Assembly: GCA_965226795.1 (NCBI GenBank)
Contig: CBDDDZ010000003.1
Coordinates: 352,001 to 416,000 of the forward strand
DNA from: Candidatus Latescibacterota bacterium
Lineage (GTDB): Bacteria > Latescibacterota > UBA2968 > GCA-2709665
Direction: 5' to 3'
DNA: 64,000 nt
Numbering within the stretch: the stretch's first letter is position 1; each line of letters opens with the position of its first letter. Position numbers and translations under genes: made by a program. Shown in pieces: positions 21,554 to 33,526 of this stretch. A model generated the notes under the pieces. The model had not been told where the DNA came from. It was given only the letters and a program-made list of their open reading frames with translations, and made no database searches.

Positions 21554-24253
21554 ATGAGCAACGTTAAGGATCCCTTCGGATTACGCGACAGGTTGTCCAC
21601 GGCCGGCGGCGAGGTTCAAATATATCGCCTGGATCGATTGGAAACGTCCGGCATCGGCGCGATTTCGCGATTGCCCTTCACCATAAAGGTGTTGCTGGAA
21701 GCGACGCTGCGGAATCTGGACGGATTTCTGGTGACCGAAGACGATGCCGCGGGGCTGGCCGGATGGAATGCGGCGGCGCCGACCCAGGCGGAGGTCCCTT
21801 TCATGCCGGCGCGCGTGGTGTTGCAGGATTTCACCGGCGTGCCCTCCCTGGTCGATCTGGCCGCGCTTCGTACCGCCATGGCCCGGATGGGAAAGGATCC
21901 GCGGCGGATCGAGCCGCAGATTCCGGCCGACCTGGTGATCGACCATTCGGTGCAGGTCGACCGGTTCGCCCGCCATGACGCGCTGCGAATCAACGCGGAG
22001 ATCGAATTTGAACGGAACCGGGAACGTTATGAGTTTCTCAGGTGGGGAGCCAATGCGTTTGAGAAGTTTCACGTGATACCGCCCGCTACGGGAATCGTGC
22101 ACCAGGTGAACCTGGAATACCTGGCGAAAGGCGTGGTGCACCAGCGAGGCGTGGCGTTTCCGGACAGCCTCGTGGGAACCGATTCCCACACCACCATGAT
22201 CAACGGCCTGGGCGTGCTGGGTTGGGGCGTTGGCGGGATCGAGGCCGAGGCGGTCATGTTGGGGCAGCCAATCTATATGGCGACGCCCGAGGTGGTGGGC
22301 TTCAAGCTGCACGGCAGACTGCCCGAAGGCACGACCGCTACGGACCTGGCGCTAACGGTAACCCAGATGCTGCGCGCAAAAGGGGTGGTCGGCAAGTTCG
22401 TGGAGTTCTACGGCACGGGTTTGTCGAGCATCAGCTTGGCCGACCGTGCAACCATCGCGAATATGGCGCCGGAATACGGCGCTACCGTGGGTTTCTTTCC
22501 CGTAGACGCGGAGACGTTGCGTTACCTGGAGCGCACAGCGAGGTCGGCTGAGAAGGTCGACCTGGTGGCGCGGTATACCCGGGCGCAGGGTCTGTTCCGT
22601 ACGGACGAAACGCCGGAACCCGCGTTTACGGAAACGCTCGAGATGGACCTGGGCACCGTGGAACCGTGTCTGGCCGGGCCGAAGCGGCCGCAGGACCGCG
22701 TGCCGCTGGACGCCCTGAAGCGGGGATTCGAGCATGCGTTGACATCACCCGTCGGTCACAGCGGGTTCGGTGTGGATGAAGCGGTTCGCGGGAGGAAATT
22801 GACCGTGGCGGCCAACGGCCGGTCTCAGATCGGACACGGCGCGGTGGTAATCGCGGCGATTACCAGCTGTACGAATACGAGCAATCCCTCGGTGATGGTG
22901 GGTGCGGGGCTTCTGGCCAAGAAGGCGGTGGAACGGGGGCTCACGGTACCCTCTCATGTGAAAACAAGCCTGGCGCCGGGGTCGCGTGTGGTCACGGATT
23001 ATCTGAACGCGGCCGGGTTGACGCCCTACCTGGAACGACTGGGATTCCATACGGTCGGATACGGATGCACCACCTGTATAGGCAACAGCGGTCCGTTGCC
23101 GGAACCGGTGGTGGCTGCTATCGACGAAGGCGATCTGGTGGCGGCATCGGTTCTTTCGGGCAACCGGAATTTCGAGGGCCGGGTAAACCCGCACGTAAAG
23201 GCGAACTATCTCGCGTCTCCTCCCCTGGTGGTGGCCTATGCCCTGGCGGGCCGGGTTGACGTGGACCTGGCGAACGAGCCGCTGGGAGAGGATGCCGATG
23301 GAAATCCGGTAACCCTGAGTGACATCTGGCCTACCCAGGAGGAAATCTCCGATACCATCGCACAGGCGCTGAAGCCTGAGATGTTTGAATCGCGGTACAG
23401 CAACGTATTCGACGGTAACGAGACCTGGAACGCCATTACCGGGCAGGAAACGGCGCTGTATTCCTGGAATGCGGACAGCACCTACGTGCAGGAGCCGCCG
23501 TTCTTCCGGGACCTCGCGGAACAACCGGCGCCCATTCGGGAAGTTCACGGCGCCCGGGTGCTTGTGATGTTGGGAGATTCCGTGACAACCGACCACATTT
23601 CACCGGCGGGCAGTATTGCCGTGGACAGTCCGGCGGGGCGTTACCTGATCGAAAAGGGAGTGGCGCCCATGGATTTCAACTCGTACGGGTCCCGGCGGGG
23701 CAATCACGAAGTAATGGTACGCGGCACGTTTGCGAATATCCGCATCCGCAATCTGCTGGCGCCGGGGACGGAGGGTGGCGTCACCGTTCATCTGCCGGGC
23801 GACGAGCAAATGGGAATCTACGATGCGGCTATTCGTTACGCGCAGGAGGGTGTACCGCTCGTCGTACTGGCCGGGAAGGAATACGGTACCGGGTCGTCGC
23901 GGGACTGGGCGGCCAAAGGGCCGGCGCTGCAGGGGGTGCGCGCCGTGATCGCGGAGAGTTACGAACGGATTCATCGGAGCAATCTGGTGGGCATGGGCGT
24001 GCTGCCGCTGCAGTTCAAGCAGGGCGAAACCGCGGCTTCGCTGGGGCTAACGGGCAGAGAGGTATTCGATATCGAGGGCATCGGCGACGATCTGCGCCTG
24101 CTTCAGGACGCAACGGTAACGGCTACGGCGGAAGATGGATCCGTAAAGACGTTCTCCACAACGGTGCGCATCGATACGCCCGTGGAAATCGACTACTATC
24201 GGAACGGAGGCATTCTGCACTTCGTGCTGAGAAACTACCTTAAGGAACCCTGA
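21554..24253 (+). CDS. acnA: Aconitate hydratase A
   Basis: [44 protein letters not shown] before ATG 21554. Confidence 0.97.
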   Translation: MSNVKDPFGLRDRLSTAGGEVQIYRLDRLETSGIGAISRLPFTIKVLLEATLRNLDGFLVTEDDAAGLAGWNAAAPTQAEVPFMPARVVLQDFTGVPSLVDLAALRTAMARMGKDPRRIEPQIPADLVIDHSVQVDRFARHDALRINAEIEFERNRERYEFLRWGANAFEKFHVIPPATGIVHQVNLEYLAKGVVHQRGVAFPDSLVGTDSHTTMINGLGVLGWGVGGIEAEAVMLGQPIYMATPEVVGFKLHGRLPEGTTATDLALTVTQMLRAKGVVGKFVEFYGTGLSSISLADRATIANMAPEYGATVGFFPVDAETLRYLERTARSAEKVDLVARYTRAQGLFRTDETPEPAFTETLEMDLGTVEPCLAGPKRPQDRVPLDALKRGFEHALTSPVGHSGFGVDEAVRGRKLTVAANGRSQIGHGAVVIAAITSCTNTSNPSVMVGAGLLAKKAVERGLTVPSHVKTSLAPGSRVVTDYLNAAGLTPYLERLGFHTVGYGCTTCIGNSGPLPEPVVAAIDEGDLVAASVLSGNRNFEGRVNPHVKANYLASPPLVVAYALAGRVDVDLANEPLGEDADGNPVTLSDIWPTQEEISDTIAQALKPEMFESRYSNVFDGNETWNAITGQETALYSWNADSTYVQEPPFFRDLAEQPAPIREVHGARVLVMLGDSVTTDHISPAGSIAVDSPAGRYLIEKGVAPMDFNSYGSRRGNHEVMVRGTFANIRIRNLLAPGTEGGVTVHLPGDEQMGIYDAAIRYAQEGVPLVVLAGKEYGTGSSRDWAAKGPALQGVRAVIAESYERIHRSNLVGMGVLPLQFKQGETAASLGLTGREVFDIEGIGDDLRLLQDATVTATAEDGSVKTFSTTVRIDTPVEIDYYRNGGILHFVLRNYLKEP

Positions 24254-24318
24254 TTCCGGGCTTCGAAACGGCCGGACCGAAGCGCAGGCTTCCGGCCCGA
24301 CGGCCCTTTCATCCGCAC

Positions 24319-24348
24319 AAAAAAAACCGGGTCCTTCAGGACCCCGGC
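24319..24348 (-). terminator. Terminator downstream of mdh
   Basis: CCGGGTCCT-TC-AGGACCCCGG hairpin next to an A9 tract. Confidence 0.75.
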
Positions 24349-24389
24349 CGTGCGAAAAGTTCGGATGTAGAATGAATCGAAGCCTGTTT

Positions 24390-25313
24390 TCAGAGCTTAA
24401 GTTTCCGGACGCTGGATCGAACGGCCTCGGCGGATGCATGAAAGGCTTTCTGTTCGTCCGGCGTGAGGCCGATTTCGATGATTTCCTCTACGCCCGAAGC
24501 ACCCAGCTTCACCGGCACACCCATAAACAGATCCTGGACCCCGTATTGGCCGGTAAGCCAGGCAGCGCATGGCAGGATACGTTTCTTGTCCCGCACAATG
24601 GCCGCCACCATTTCGGCAATGGCGGATGCGGGCGCGTAATAGGCGCTGCCCGTTTTGAGGTGTCCGACAATTTCGGCACCGCCATTCCGGGTGCGTTCAA
24701 CCAGCCGTTCGATGGCGGCTTCGTCGAGCAGTTCGGAGAGCGGAATGCCGGCGACGGATGAGTAGCGGGGCAGGGGCAGCATGGAATCGCCGTGGCCGCC
24801 CAGAACGAAGGCGGTAACGTCTTCCACGGAAACGTCCAGTTCATCCGCGATGAAATAACGAAAACGCGCGGAATCCAAAATGCCCGCCATGCCAACGACA
24901 TGAGCGGGCGAAAATTCCGTAACTTTCAGCGCCACGTAAGCCATTGCGTCGAGGGGATTCGTTACCACGATAACAATGGCGTCGGGCGCTGTTTCTTTTA
25001 CGCGATCGCAAACCGAACCGACGATGTCCGCATTTGTGGACAGCAGGTCGTCCCGGGTCATCCCGGGCTTACGCGCCAGGCCGGCGGTAATGACGACGAT
25101 GTCGGATCCGGACAGGCTGCCGGAATCGCTCGTACCCGTAACCCGGGTGTCGAAGCGGTCAACCGGCGATGCCTCAGCCAGGTCCAGGGCTTTGCCCTGT
25201 GGAATGCCCTCGGCGACGTCCAGCAGTATCAGTTCGCGGGCGAGTTCCCGTTCCGCAATATGCTGAGCGGCGGTCGCTCCCACGTTGCCGGCGCCAACCA
25301 CTGCGATTTTCAA
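24390..25313 (-). CDS. mdh: Malate dehydrogenase (LDH-like type)
   Basis: [37 protein letters not shown] start. Confidence 0.95.
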   Translation of the reverse strand: MKIAVVGAGNVGATAAQHIAERELARELILLDVAEGIPQGKALDLAEASPVDRFDTRVTGTSDSGSLSGSDIVVITAGLARKPGMTRDDLLSTNADIVGSVCDRVKETAPDAIVIVVTNPLDAMAYVALKVTEFSPAHVVGMAGILDSARFRYFIADELDVSVEDVTAFVLGGHGDSMLPLPRYSSVAGIPLSELLDEAAIERLVERTRNGGAEIVGHLKTGSAYYAPASAIAEMVAAIVRDKKRILPCAAWLTGQYGVQDLFMGVPVKLGASGVEEIIEIGLTPDEQKAFHASAEAVRSSVRKLKL

Positions 25314-25320
25314 TGCCGGG

Positions 25321-25581
25321 CTACTCCGCCTTGGGGTAAACGCTGACCTTTTTGCGACGCTTGTTCAGGTCCTGGAAGGTCACAATGCCGTCGACCAGCG
25401 CAAAAAGCGAATCGTCTCTGCCGCGCCCTACCTCGTCTCCGGGATGGATCCGGGTGCCGCGCTGCCGGACAATGATGCTGCCCGCGGTGACAAACTGCCC
25501 GCCGAAGACTTTGACGCCCAGGCGCCGTCCCCGGCTGTCGCGGCCGTTCCGGGAACTTCCGGCCCCTTTTTTGTGGGCCAT
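25321..25581 (-). CDS. rpmA: 50S ribosomal protein L27
   Basis: [16 protein letters not shown]...RQRG. Confidence 0.98.
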   Translation of the reverse strand: MAHKKGAGSSRNGRDSRGRRLGVKVFGGQFVTAGSIIVRQRGTRIHPGDEVGRGRDDSLFALVDGIVTFQDLNKRRKKVSVYPKAE

Positions 25582-25643
25582 GCCGTTGACCTCCTACCCA
25601 TGCCTCTGCTGGATTGGGAATTTCCCGATACCGCGCGGGGGGT

Positions 25644-25955
25644 TTATACTGAAATGCCGTCGATCCGGAGATCCGTATAAGGCTGCCGATGGCCGTTTTT
25701 CCGCCGATAGCCCTTTCGACGTTTCATTTTGAAGACAATGACTTTGTCGTGCTTTCCGTGCTCCAGGACACTGGCCTCCACGGCGGCCCCTTCGACCTGC
25801 GGCCTGCCGATGCTGGTTTCGCCGTCTTTCGATACCAACAGAACCCGATCCAGGGTGACCGATTCTCCGGCCTCGACCTTGAGGCGGGAGACGCGAATGC
25901 GATCGCCTTCCTGAACTTTGACCTGTTGGCCGGCGATGACGACGACGGCGTACAT
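25644..25955 (-). CDS. rplU: 50S ribosomal protein L21
   Basis: MYAVV..GQQ.KV and KRRKGY...GHRQPYT; GGAGG RBS. Confidence 0.97.
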   Translation of the reverse strand: MYAVVVIAGQQVKVQEGDRIRVSRLKVEAGESVTLDRVLLVSKDGETSIGRPQVEGAAVEASVLEHGKHDKVIVFKMKRRKGYRRKNGHRQPYTDLRIDGISV

Positions 25956-26040
25956 GAAAACCTCCATAAAACGATTTGGCGCATCCATTCGTTTCACCCG
26001 CGAAACGCGGCCGGAACGGTAACAAAGACGGGTGGTTTTG

Positions 26041-27582
26041 TCAAGTTTTAAATTTGTCCGTAATGTCCAGATTTCGTTTCCGGGAATACATCCGGTAGGC
26101 GTCCACCTGCAGATCGTGGTCATTTTCCACGTTTAGCCACACCCGCGTGGACCGTCGCAGCCTCTTCAGACGTTCGCGACGGTTTTCGAGGATGAATTCT
26201 CCGACCGAGGGGTTGACATGCACGGTAAGCCTGCGTTCAACCGAGTCGGCCCGCGACCGCTTGAGCCACCGCTCGATTCGGGCGAGGGTGGACTCCCGGC
26301 TGGGCACGCGACCGCTGCCGTTGCAGTTGGGACAGGATTCGCTGAAGGTGAACATGAGGCTGGGGCGGACCCTCTGGCGGGTCATCTCCATGAGGCCAAA
26401 CTCGCTGATCTCGGAGAAGCGGGGCTTGGACCGGTCCCGGCGGACGGCCTGTCGAAATTCGGATTCCACCTTTTTGCGGTTCTGGACAAAGGCCATGTCG
26501 ATGAAATCGATCACGATGATACCACCGATATCGCGCAGGCGAAGCTGGCGTGGGATTTCCTTGGCGGCCTCGAGGTTGATTTTCAACACGTTGTCTTCCT
26601 GGTTCGATCTGCCCACGAACCTGCCGCTGTTCACGTCGATGGCAAATAAAGCCTCGGTGTGATCCAGAACCAGGTATCCGCCACCCTTCAGCCAGACCCT
26701 GCGGTCCGAGCATTTTTCAATTTCATTCTCGATACCAAAGGCGTCGAAGACGGGCGTGCTGTCTCGGTGGTATTCCACCCGGCTGCGGAGGTGGGGCGAA
26801 GTGGATTTGAGATAAGCCAGTATCTTCTTGTATTCCTGTTTTGCGTCAACCACCAGGCGGTCGACGTCGTCGGTAAACAGGTCGCGGATCAGACTCGACG
26901 TCATGCCCATTTCTTTGTGCAGAATGCTGGCCGCGTCGGCGTTTCGGTACTGTTTCTGGACGCGCGACCAGACATTCATCAATTGCTTCAGGTCTCGCAT
27001 CATCTCCCGGTCGCCCTTGCCGGAGGCTTCGGTCCGCACAATGATGCCGCAACCGTCGGGGCGTATGTCGTGGCCGAGTTCCTTCAGCCTTCGTTTTTCG
27101 GATATGTTGGTGATCTTACGGGAAACGCCCACCTTCTCCCCGTTGGGCACCAGCACCATAAACCGTCCGGGCAGGGAGGGCACGGCCGTTACCCTGGGCC
27201 CCTTCGTGCCGATGGGTTCTTTCTTGACCTGAACAAGAACCTCCTGGCCCTTCTGGATGAGTCCTTCTATGGGAATGACCGATTTTCCGTTTGCGTTGGT
27301 TCGCGCGTCGATTTCCTCGAGGGTTTCTTCATCCAGCCCCACCATTGACCCGGGCGAACCGGGCATATCGGACGCGTGAAGAAAAGCGCTTTTCTCCAGT
27401 CCGATATCCACAAAGGCAGCCTGCATTCCGGGGAGCACCGCGGCAACTGTTCCTTTGTAAATATCGCCGACCATGCGCTGGTTCTCTGCGCATTCGACGA
27501 GGATTTCAACCAACTTTCCATCTTCCAGAACAGCAATTCGTGATTCGTGGGACCCTACGTTGATTACAATTTCGTTCTTCAC
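26041..27582 (-). CDS. Rne/Rng family ribonuclease
   Basis: GMQAAFVDIG (S1), IDVNSG, RLRDIGGIIVIDFIDM, CP.C.G.G; GTG start 27582. Confidence 0.95.
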   Translation of the reverse strand: MKNEIVINVGSHESRIAVLEDGKLVEILVECAENQRMVGDIYKGTVAAVLPGMQAAFVDIGLEKSAFLHASDMPGSPGSMVGLDEETLEEIDARTNANGKSVIPIEGLIQKGQEVLVQVKKEPIGTKGPRVTAVPSLPGRFMVLVPNGEKVGVSRKITNISEKRRLKELGHDIRPDGCGIIVRTEASGKGDREMMRDLKQLMNVWSRVQKQYRNADAASILHKEMGMTSSLIRDLFTDDVDRLVVDAKQEYKKILAYLKSTSPHLRSRVEYHRDSTPVFDAFGIENEIEKCSDRRVWLKGGGYLVLDHTEALFAIDVNSGRFVGRSNQEDNVLKINLEAAKEIPRQLRLRDIGGIIVIDFIDMAFVQNRKKVESEFRQAVRRDRSKPRFSEISEFGLMEMTRQRVRPSLMFTFSESCPNCNGSGRVPSRESTLARIERWLKRSRADSVERRLTVHVNPSVGEFILENRRERLKRLRRSTRVWLNVENDHDLQVDAYRMYSRKRNLDITDKFKT

Positions 27583-27731
27583 TCGCACCTCGCCCTTCTT
27601 CACATATAAACATCTGGTATTATTGTATGTTACGAACAATGTAACAAAAACCCGGACTATAGACAAGGAGATTGTTCCGTCGCAGCGGCATGTACGCGTG
27701 AACGGGGCGTTCGATCTCCAGATCGCAAGCC

Positions 27732-28469
27732 CTACTTTGCAACGACCCGCCTTGGGAAGATCGTGATTTCTTCCACGATCGCCCGGCCGGGCAGCTGCGC
27801 GACCATCAGCGCGGTGGCGGCGATGTCTTCCGGCGGGAGCGCGGCGGCACGTTTTTCATCGGAGACAGGGTTGGGACGGAGATCCAGGATGGGCGTGTCG
27901 ACCTCTCCTGGAAAGATACAGCACGCCCGGATACCGGTCTCGCGGAACTCGGCGTTGATGGACTGGTTCAGGGCGGCCATTCCGAATTTGGATGCGCAGT
28001 AGGCCACCCCCGCAACCATGCCGGACCGTTTGCCGGCCATGGATGAGATATTGATGACCAGACCGTCGACCTGTTTCTCCATGTGCGGCATGACGGCCCG
28101 AAATGCATTGAATGCGCCGGTGAGATTGATATCGACAACCCGATCCCAGTCCTCGTCGGAGATATCTCTGAGGCCGCGCTTCAGCGTATTGATACCGGCG
28201 TTGTTCACCAGGATGTCGATGCGCCCGAAACGCTCGATGGTACGATCCGAGAGGGCTTTGACAGACTCACGACAGGTGACGTCGGCCGGTACACAAAGCG
28301 TCTCTGCCTGGGGATTACGCGTTGCTTCCGCCGTTTCGTCAAGGACTTCGGCGCGGCGTCCGGCGAGGACGCAATTCATACCTGCATTGGAAAACGCCAC
28401 GGCGATGGCGCGGCCGATACCCGTGCCGGCGCCCGTGATGATGGCGGTCTTGACGTCAGTGCCTGTCAT
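27732..28469 (-). CDS. SDR family oxidoreductase
   Basis: TGAGTGIG, NNAG, YCASK. Confidence 0.92.
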   Translation of the reverse strand: MTGTDVKTAIITGAGTGIGRAIAVAFSNAGMNCVLAGRRAEVLDETAEATRNPQAETLCVPADVTCRESVKALSDRTIERFGRIDILVNNAGINTLKRGLRDISDEDWDRVVDINLTGAFNAFRAVMPHMEKQVDGLVINISSMAGKRSGMVAGVAYCASKFGMAALNQSINAEFRETGIRACCIFPGEVDTPILDLRPNPVSDEKRAAALPPEDIAATALMVAQLPGRAIVEEITIFPRRVVAK

Positions 28470-28928
28470 GAGGTTCTGAACTCCGGGAATGATTTGGGAT
28501 CGGACTCAAAAACAAGAATAGAACCTGTGATGTTTGCGTGTTACGGTCCGCTCCGGGGTTGTGCATATCGGCGGTGTGTCGGCAGCGCCGAACCCGTCGG
28601 TTTCGTCGCTTCGCCCATGTGGATAATGTAGGCATTCGATGCGGGAATGTCAAATCGGGACCCCGGAGAATCGCGTTACCGGCGAATGGGTTAACAAAGT
28701 CGCGTGAAGGCGCTGCGGGGTGACCGTTTGCGGCCTCGTTCGGGCGGTTTTCCGGGGCAGTGTGTCGACTTGCAATCGTATCGTCCGCATTTTGGGCGAA
28801 CCTCGGATTCTGCCCCGACCCTGGCCGTAACCGAATCGGAGGGCCAGTTTTGAAGTGACATTTGAACCGGCTTTGTATATATTTATCGCCTGGCGCCGGA
28901 GCATTCGGCGCAATGAAAGGGATCGCCG

Positions 28929-30155
28929 ATGGATATGATCACCATGGACGAGGCGATTCGCGTCGTCCTGCAACATACGTCCGAGATCGACCGAACAAAC
29001 GTCGATCTGATGGACGCCCTGGGATGCACGCTCGCGGAGGATGTGCGATCGGACATCGACATGCCGCCGTTCGACAAAGCGACCATGGACGGTTACGCGG
29101 TGGTCGGGGCGGACGTCGCGGACGCACGACAGGAAAATCCGGCCGTTCTTGAGGTTATCGAAGAGATTCCGGCCGGGTCGGTTCCTAAAAAAACGGTTTC
29201 ACCCGGTCAGGCCGCCCGAATAATGACGGGCGCGCCGATGCCGGACGGCGCGGACACGGTGGTGATGGTGGAAGAGACCGTGTCGGAGCGGGAGGGGGAT
29301 GGTGTGCGGGTGCTGGCGCCGACGGAGCCGGGACGCAATGTCGTGCCTCTCGGAGAAGACATCAGGCGCAATCAGGTGGTGCTTGAGGACGGAACGTGGA
29401 TTCGGCCGCCGGAAATCGGGATCCTCGCGGCGGTGGGTATGGTCAGCGTACCCGTCTATCGACGGCCGGTCATCGGCGTCGCTGCGACGGGCAGCGAGAT
29501 TGTGGAGCCCGGAAACGACCCGGCAGCCGGACAGATCCGGAACAGCAACGGGTATTCCATGATGGCGCAGGCACTGCGGTCCGGAGCGGAGACGCGTTAT
29601 CTCGGCATCGTGGAAGACGACGAAGCCGCCCTGAATGCGGTGATTTCCCGCGGCCTCGACGAATGCGACGTGGTTCTCCTTTCCGGAGGCGTATCGGCCG
29701 GTATTTATGATCTGGTTCAGGGCGCGATGCGGGATTGCGGCGTGGAGATCTTTTTCGATCGGATTCGGATGAAGCCGGGCAAACCGCTCACCTTTGGCGC
29801 ACGAGGGGAAAAACTCGTCTTCGGTTTGCCGGGCAACCCGGTCTCGGCTGTGGTGGGCCTGGAACTGCTGGTCCGGCCGGCCGTTCGAAAGATGCAGCGG
29901 ATGTGCGAGCTCCATCGGCCGATGGTACGGGGTAGGCTGGCGCAGGCGTTCCGGCAATCGCCGGGGCGAAAGCAATTCGTGCCGGCCAGGTCCCGGGAAG
30001 TCAACGGATGCTGGGAGAGCCGCTGGGTGGGCCACCACGGATCGGCTGACCTGTTTTCTCTTTCACGAGCGAACAGCCTCTTCGTTGTGGAGGCCGAGGT
30101 GGAGGCTCTCGAGGCGGGGTCGGAAGTGGACATCGTGCTTCTGGAAGAATGGTAG
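28929..30155 (+). CDS. moeA: Molybdopterin molybdenumtransferase MoeA
   Basis: MDGYA, IMTGAP.P, SGGVSAG, KPGKP, LPGNPVS. Confidence 0.95.
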   Translation: MDMITMDEAIRVVLQHTSEIDRTNVDLMDALGCTLAEDVRSDIDMPPFDKATMDGYAVVGADVADARQENPAVLEVIEEIPAGSVPKKTVSPGQAARIMTGAPMPDGADTVVMVEETVSEREGDGVRVLAPTEPGRNVVPLGEDIRRNQVVLEDGTWIRPPEIGILAAVGMVSVPVYRRPVIGVAATGSEIVEPGNDPAAGQIRNSNGYSMMAQALRSGAETRYLGIVEDDEAALNAVISRGLDECDVVLLSGGVSAGIYDLVQGAMRDCGVEIFFDRIRMKPGKPLTFGARGEKLVFGLPGNPVSAVVGLELLVRPAVRKMQRMCELHRPMVRGRLAQAFRQSPGRKQFVPARSREVNGCWESRWVGHHGSADLFSLSRANSLFVVEAEVEALEAGSEVDIVLLEEW

Positions 30156-30192
30156 CGCGAATCGCGCCTCCAGAATCGTTCCGGCATTTGAC

Positions 30193-30663
30193 ATGGCGAA
30201 TCTGACACATATTGCCGAAGACGGAACCGTGCGGATGGTGGACGTCACGGAGAAAGCCGTGACCGACCGCGTGGCGGTTGCGGGCGGTGAAATTGCCATG
30301 GCGCCCGAGACGGCGCGGCTGGTTTCCGGGGGGGAGCTGCCCAAGGGTAACGTATTGGAGACCGCCCGGATTGCGGGGATCATGGCGGCGAAACGCACGT
30401 GGGAGCTGATCCCGCTCTGCCATCCCGTGGATCCCACGGGCATCGAACTCAGCTTTGCCGTGGGACATGACCGTATCGAAGCGGAAGCCAGCGTACGCGT
30501 GACGGGCAAGACCGGAGTGGAGATGGAGGCGTTGACGGCCGTAAGCGCGGCGCTGTTGACCGTCTACGATATGTGCAAGGCCGTGGACAGGGATATGGCG
30601 ATCCGGAATATCCGCCTCCTGAGGAAAACCGGCGGCCGCAGCGGGGACTATGTCCGGACGTAG
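30193..30663 (+). CDS. moaC: Cyclic pyranopterin monophosphate synthase MoaC
   Basis: LTH...MVDV, LIPLCHP, TGVEMEAL, YDMCKAVD, KTGGRSG. Confidence 0.96.
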   Translation: MANLTHIAEDGTVRMVDVTEKAVTDRVAVAGGEIAMAPETARLVSGGELPKGNVLETARIAGIMAAKRTWELIPLCHPVDPTGIELSFAVGHDRIEAEASVRVTGKTGVEMEALTAVSAALLTVYDMCKAVDRDMAIRNIRLLRKTGGRSGDYVRT

Positions 30664-30842
30664 AAATCCGTAGCAAACGTTGTTGTTTTTCTTTGTTTGA
30701 TCTCGAATAGATACTTGCCTTGATTCGTAAACGTCGCGCACAACTGTTAGTTTGCGCGACGGCTTCACACACCGTCACCCGCCTGCCGCGCGGCGAGGCA
30801 CACTGGCGCCGATAAACCGATGGTCGTACCACGAAAGTCAAT

Positions 30843-30918
30843 GCGCCCATAGCTCAATAGGCAGAGCAGCTGACTCTTAATCAGAAGGTTCGGGGTTCGA
30901 TTCCCTGTGGGCGCACCA
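30843..30918 (+). tRNA. tRNA-Lys (CTT)
   Basis: 76-nt cloverleaf, anticodon loop CTCTTAA, GTTCGA T-loop, encoded CCA. Confidence 0.95.
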
Positions 30919-30941
30919 ATTTCCGGCTGCCCCTTCCGGCG

Positions 30942-31024
30942 GCCTGACGGATACGACAAGACCCCGCCTGACGGATACGACAAGACCCCGATGGACAATC
31001 CCGCCGGGGTCTTGTCGTATCCGT
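30942..31024. repeat. 24-bp tandem duplication plus 20-bp inverted copy
   Basis: GCCTGACGGATACGACAAGACCCC at 30942 and 30966; reverse complement of 30971-30990 at 31005-31024. Confidence 0.9.
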
Positions 31025-31268
31025 GCCGCAAAAAGCGGGGGGTAGACGACGAGATGTGCTTGCTGGATGCAGAGGCAAATTCACTCCAATTGCGGTGTAT
31101 CGCATATCTGGCCCCGTCGGGATCATATAGCGTATATATCCTTTTTCGATAATAACGACCTTTGTTGTTTTCACAACTGCAAATAGGGCACAGCAGTGAC
31201 GCCGGGTCCTGAAGTCGAGCAACTGAAATGCACCATAGTAAATGGGCAACCTATCCTGGAGCTAACCG

Positions 31269-33422
31269 ATGAACCACAGTGAGATCGTCAGCTTCATCTG
31301 GGGTGTTGCGGATCTGATTCGCGACAGCTTCAAACGCGGCAAATACCAGGACGTCATTCTGCCCCTGACCGTGCTGCGCCGTCTTGACTGCGTCCTTGCT
31401 CCGACCAAGCGACAAGTGCTCAAACGACAGGCGGAGTTGAGAGGTCGCGGCCTTGAAGATCTGAAAGGACAACTGCGCGAAACATCCGGCTTCGCATTCT
31501 ACAACACTTCACGCTATGACTTCGACACGTTGCTGGCCGATGCGCCCCAACTTGCCGCCAACCTGAGGAACTACATCGCCGGCTTCAGCGATAACATGCG
31601 CGAGGTGTTGGAACGATTCGACTTCGACAACACGATCAGCAAACTTGACGAAGCAGGGTTGCTGTTCCAGGTGCTGGAGCGTTTCAAGAACGTCGACCTG
31701 CACCCCGATCTGATCGACAACGCGACCATGGGGACGGTCTTCGAAGAGTTGATCCGACGCTTCAACGAAGCCCTCGACGAGAATCCCGGTGAGCACTTCA
31801 CGCCGAGGGACGTGGTCCATCTGATGGTGGACCTCATGCTCGCCGGCGAAAAAGACCGCATCGCCCGACCCGGCGTTGTGCGTAGTGTTTACGACCCATG
31901 CTGCGGCTCCGGCGGCATGTTGACCATCGCCAAGGAACACATGACGAGGGGCATGCGAAGCAACGGCGAAGTCCTTCGCCCCGCTATCAATCCGGAGGCG
32001 GAGATCCATCTCTTCGGCCAGGAAGTGAACCCTGAGACGTGGGCGGTCTCAAAGTCTGACATGTACATGAAGGATCCGACGGGCCGCGACGCGGACAAGG
32101 TCGTTTTTGGCAGCACGCTCTCAAACGATCGGCATGCCGCCCACCATTTCGATTACCTGATCGCGAATCCTCCCTACGGCAAGGACTGGAAACGCGACAA
32201 GGCCGCGGTGGAGTCGGAACATGAACGTGGCGCGGCCGGGCGCTTCGGCCCCGGGCTTCCGCGCATCAGCGACGGACAGACCCTGTTCCTGCTTCACATG
32301 CTCTCCCATGCCCGGGCTCCGGAGCAGGGAGGCGCGCGCATCGCGATCATCATGAACGGTTCTCCCCTGTTTACCGGCGACGCAGGCAGCGGCGAAAGCG
32401 AAATTCGCCGATACATCATGGAGAACGACCTGCTGGAGGCGTTGATCGCACTGCCCGAGCAACTCTTCTACAACACCGGCATTGCAACCTACGTGTGGAT
32501 TTTGAGTAACCGCGAGGCCCCGGAACGCCGGGGCAAGGTGCAGCTTATCGACGCCACGACCTTCTGGAAGCCGATGCGCCGGAGTCTGGGTGACAAGCGG
32601 CGGGAGATACCGCCGGAAAAAGCAGACGAAGTACTGAAACTCCTGCGTGGCTTTCAGGATGGCGAGACGCGGAAGGTCTCCGAAGACGGCGAGGAAGAAG
32701 ACAAAATCGTCAGCCGTGTCTTCTCTACGAAGCGGTTCGGGTATCGGAGAATTACGGTTGAACGCCCGCTGCGACTCAATTTCCAGGCGAACGCGGAACG
32801 CATCGCCCGGTTGAGTGAACAAACGGCATTTCAGAATCTGGCCAAATCGAAGAAGCGGGGAGACGCCGGCGCCAGGGAAGAGGCCGAAGGCCGCGCCCTA
32901 CAGCAGGAAATTTCGACCATGCTCGAAACGCTGCCCGACACCCTTTACAAGGACCGCGAGGTATTTCTGGCAGGACTCGCGGAAGCGGCACGGAGAGCCG
33001 GTCCTAAACTCGCGGCGCCGGTGCAGAAGGCAATCCTCACGGCTCTTGGCGAACGCGATGAAACAGCCGCGATTTGCCGGGGAAAGAACGGCGCGCCCGA
33101 ACCCGACCCGGATCTCCGCGACACCGAGCGCGTGCCGCTCGCCGATGGGGAGGACCCAGTGGAAGGCGACGGCGTCCCAGCCAGCGTCAGAGCCTTCTTC
33201 GAGCGCGAGGTCACGCCTCATGTTCCCGAAGCATGGATAGATACATCGAAGCGCGATCATCGGGACGGTAGGGTCGGCTTTGTGGGCTACGAAATCAACT
33301 TCAACCGATATTTCTACCGTTACAAACCGCCACGACCGCTCGCGGAGATCGAGGCCGATATTCAGGATATCGAAAGAGACATAATGGAGATGTTGAAGGG
33401 AATGTCCGGCGCAACGGTCTGA
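31269..33422 (+). CDS. hsdM: Type I restriction-modification methyltransferase subunit
   Basis: GEHFTPRDVV, YDPCCGSGGML, ANPPY, LFYNTGIATY, GYEINFNRYFY. Confidence 0.95.
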   Translation: MNHSEIVSFIWGVADLIRDSFKRGKYQDVILPLTVLRRLDCVLAPTKRQVLKRQAELRGRGLEDLKGQLRETSGFAFYNTSRYDFDTLLADAPQLAANLRNYIAGFSDNMREVLERFDFDNTISKLDEAGLLFQVLERFKNVDLHPDLIDNATMGTVFEELIRRFNEALDENPGEHFTPRDVVHLMVDLMLAGEKDRIARPGVVRSVYDPCCGSGGMLTIAKEHMTRGMRSNGEVLRPAINPEAEIHLFGQEVNPETWAVSKSDMYMKDPTGRDADKVVFGSTLSNDRHAAHHFDYLIANPPYGKDWKRDKAAVESEHERGAAGRFGPGLPRISDGQTLFLLHMLSHARAPEQGGARIAIIMNGSPLFTGDAGSGESEIRRYIMENDLLEALIALPEQLFYNTGIATYVWILSNREAPERRGKVQLIDATTFWKPMRRSLGDKRREIPPEKADEVLKLLRGFQDGETRKVSEDGEEEDKIVSRVFSTKRFGYRRITVERPLRLNFQANAERIARLSEQTAFQNLAKSKKRGDAGAREEAEGRALQQEISTMLETLPDTLYKDREVFLAGLAEAARRAGPKLAAPVQKAILTALGERDETAAICRGKNGAPEPDPDLRDTERVPLADGEDPVEGDGVPASVRAFFEREVTPHVPEAWIDTSKRDHRDGRVGFVGYEINFNRYFYRYKPPRPLAEIEADIQDIERDIMEMLKGMSGATV

Positions 33423-33446
33423 GTCACCAAAAGTATCTATGGCAAC

Positions 33447-33504
33447 TGCTTTGCGTGGCCGGATTGCCGGTCCCGCTGATGTGGAGATCTTCGACTATCA
33501 CTAA
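33447..33504 (+). pseudogene. HigB (RelE-like) toxin 3' remnant
   Basis: Reads CFAWPD/AGPADVEIFDYH* across a frameshift, matching the typical HigB C-terminus (VEIVDYH); directly upstream of higA. Confidence 0.65.
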
Positions 33505-33526
33505 CGATTTACCAAAGGTTTGGATC

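Noticed and set aside
30942..30989. Possible CRISPR array
   Set aside because: Only two abutting copies, no spacers, and no cas genes in the window
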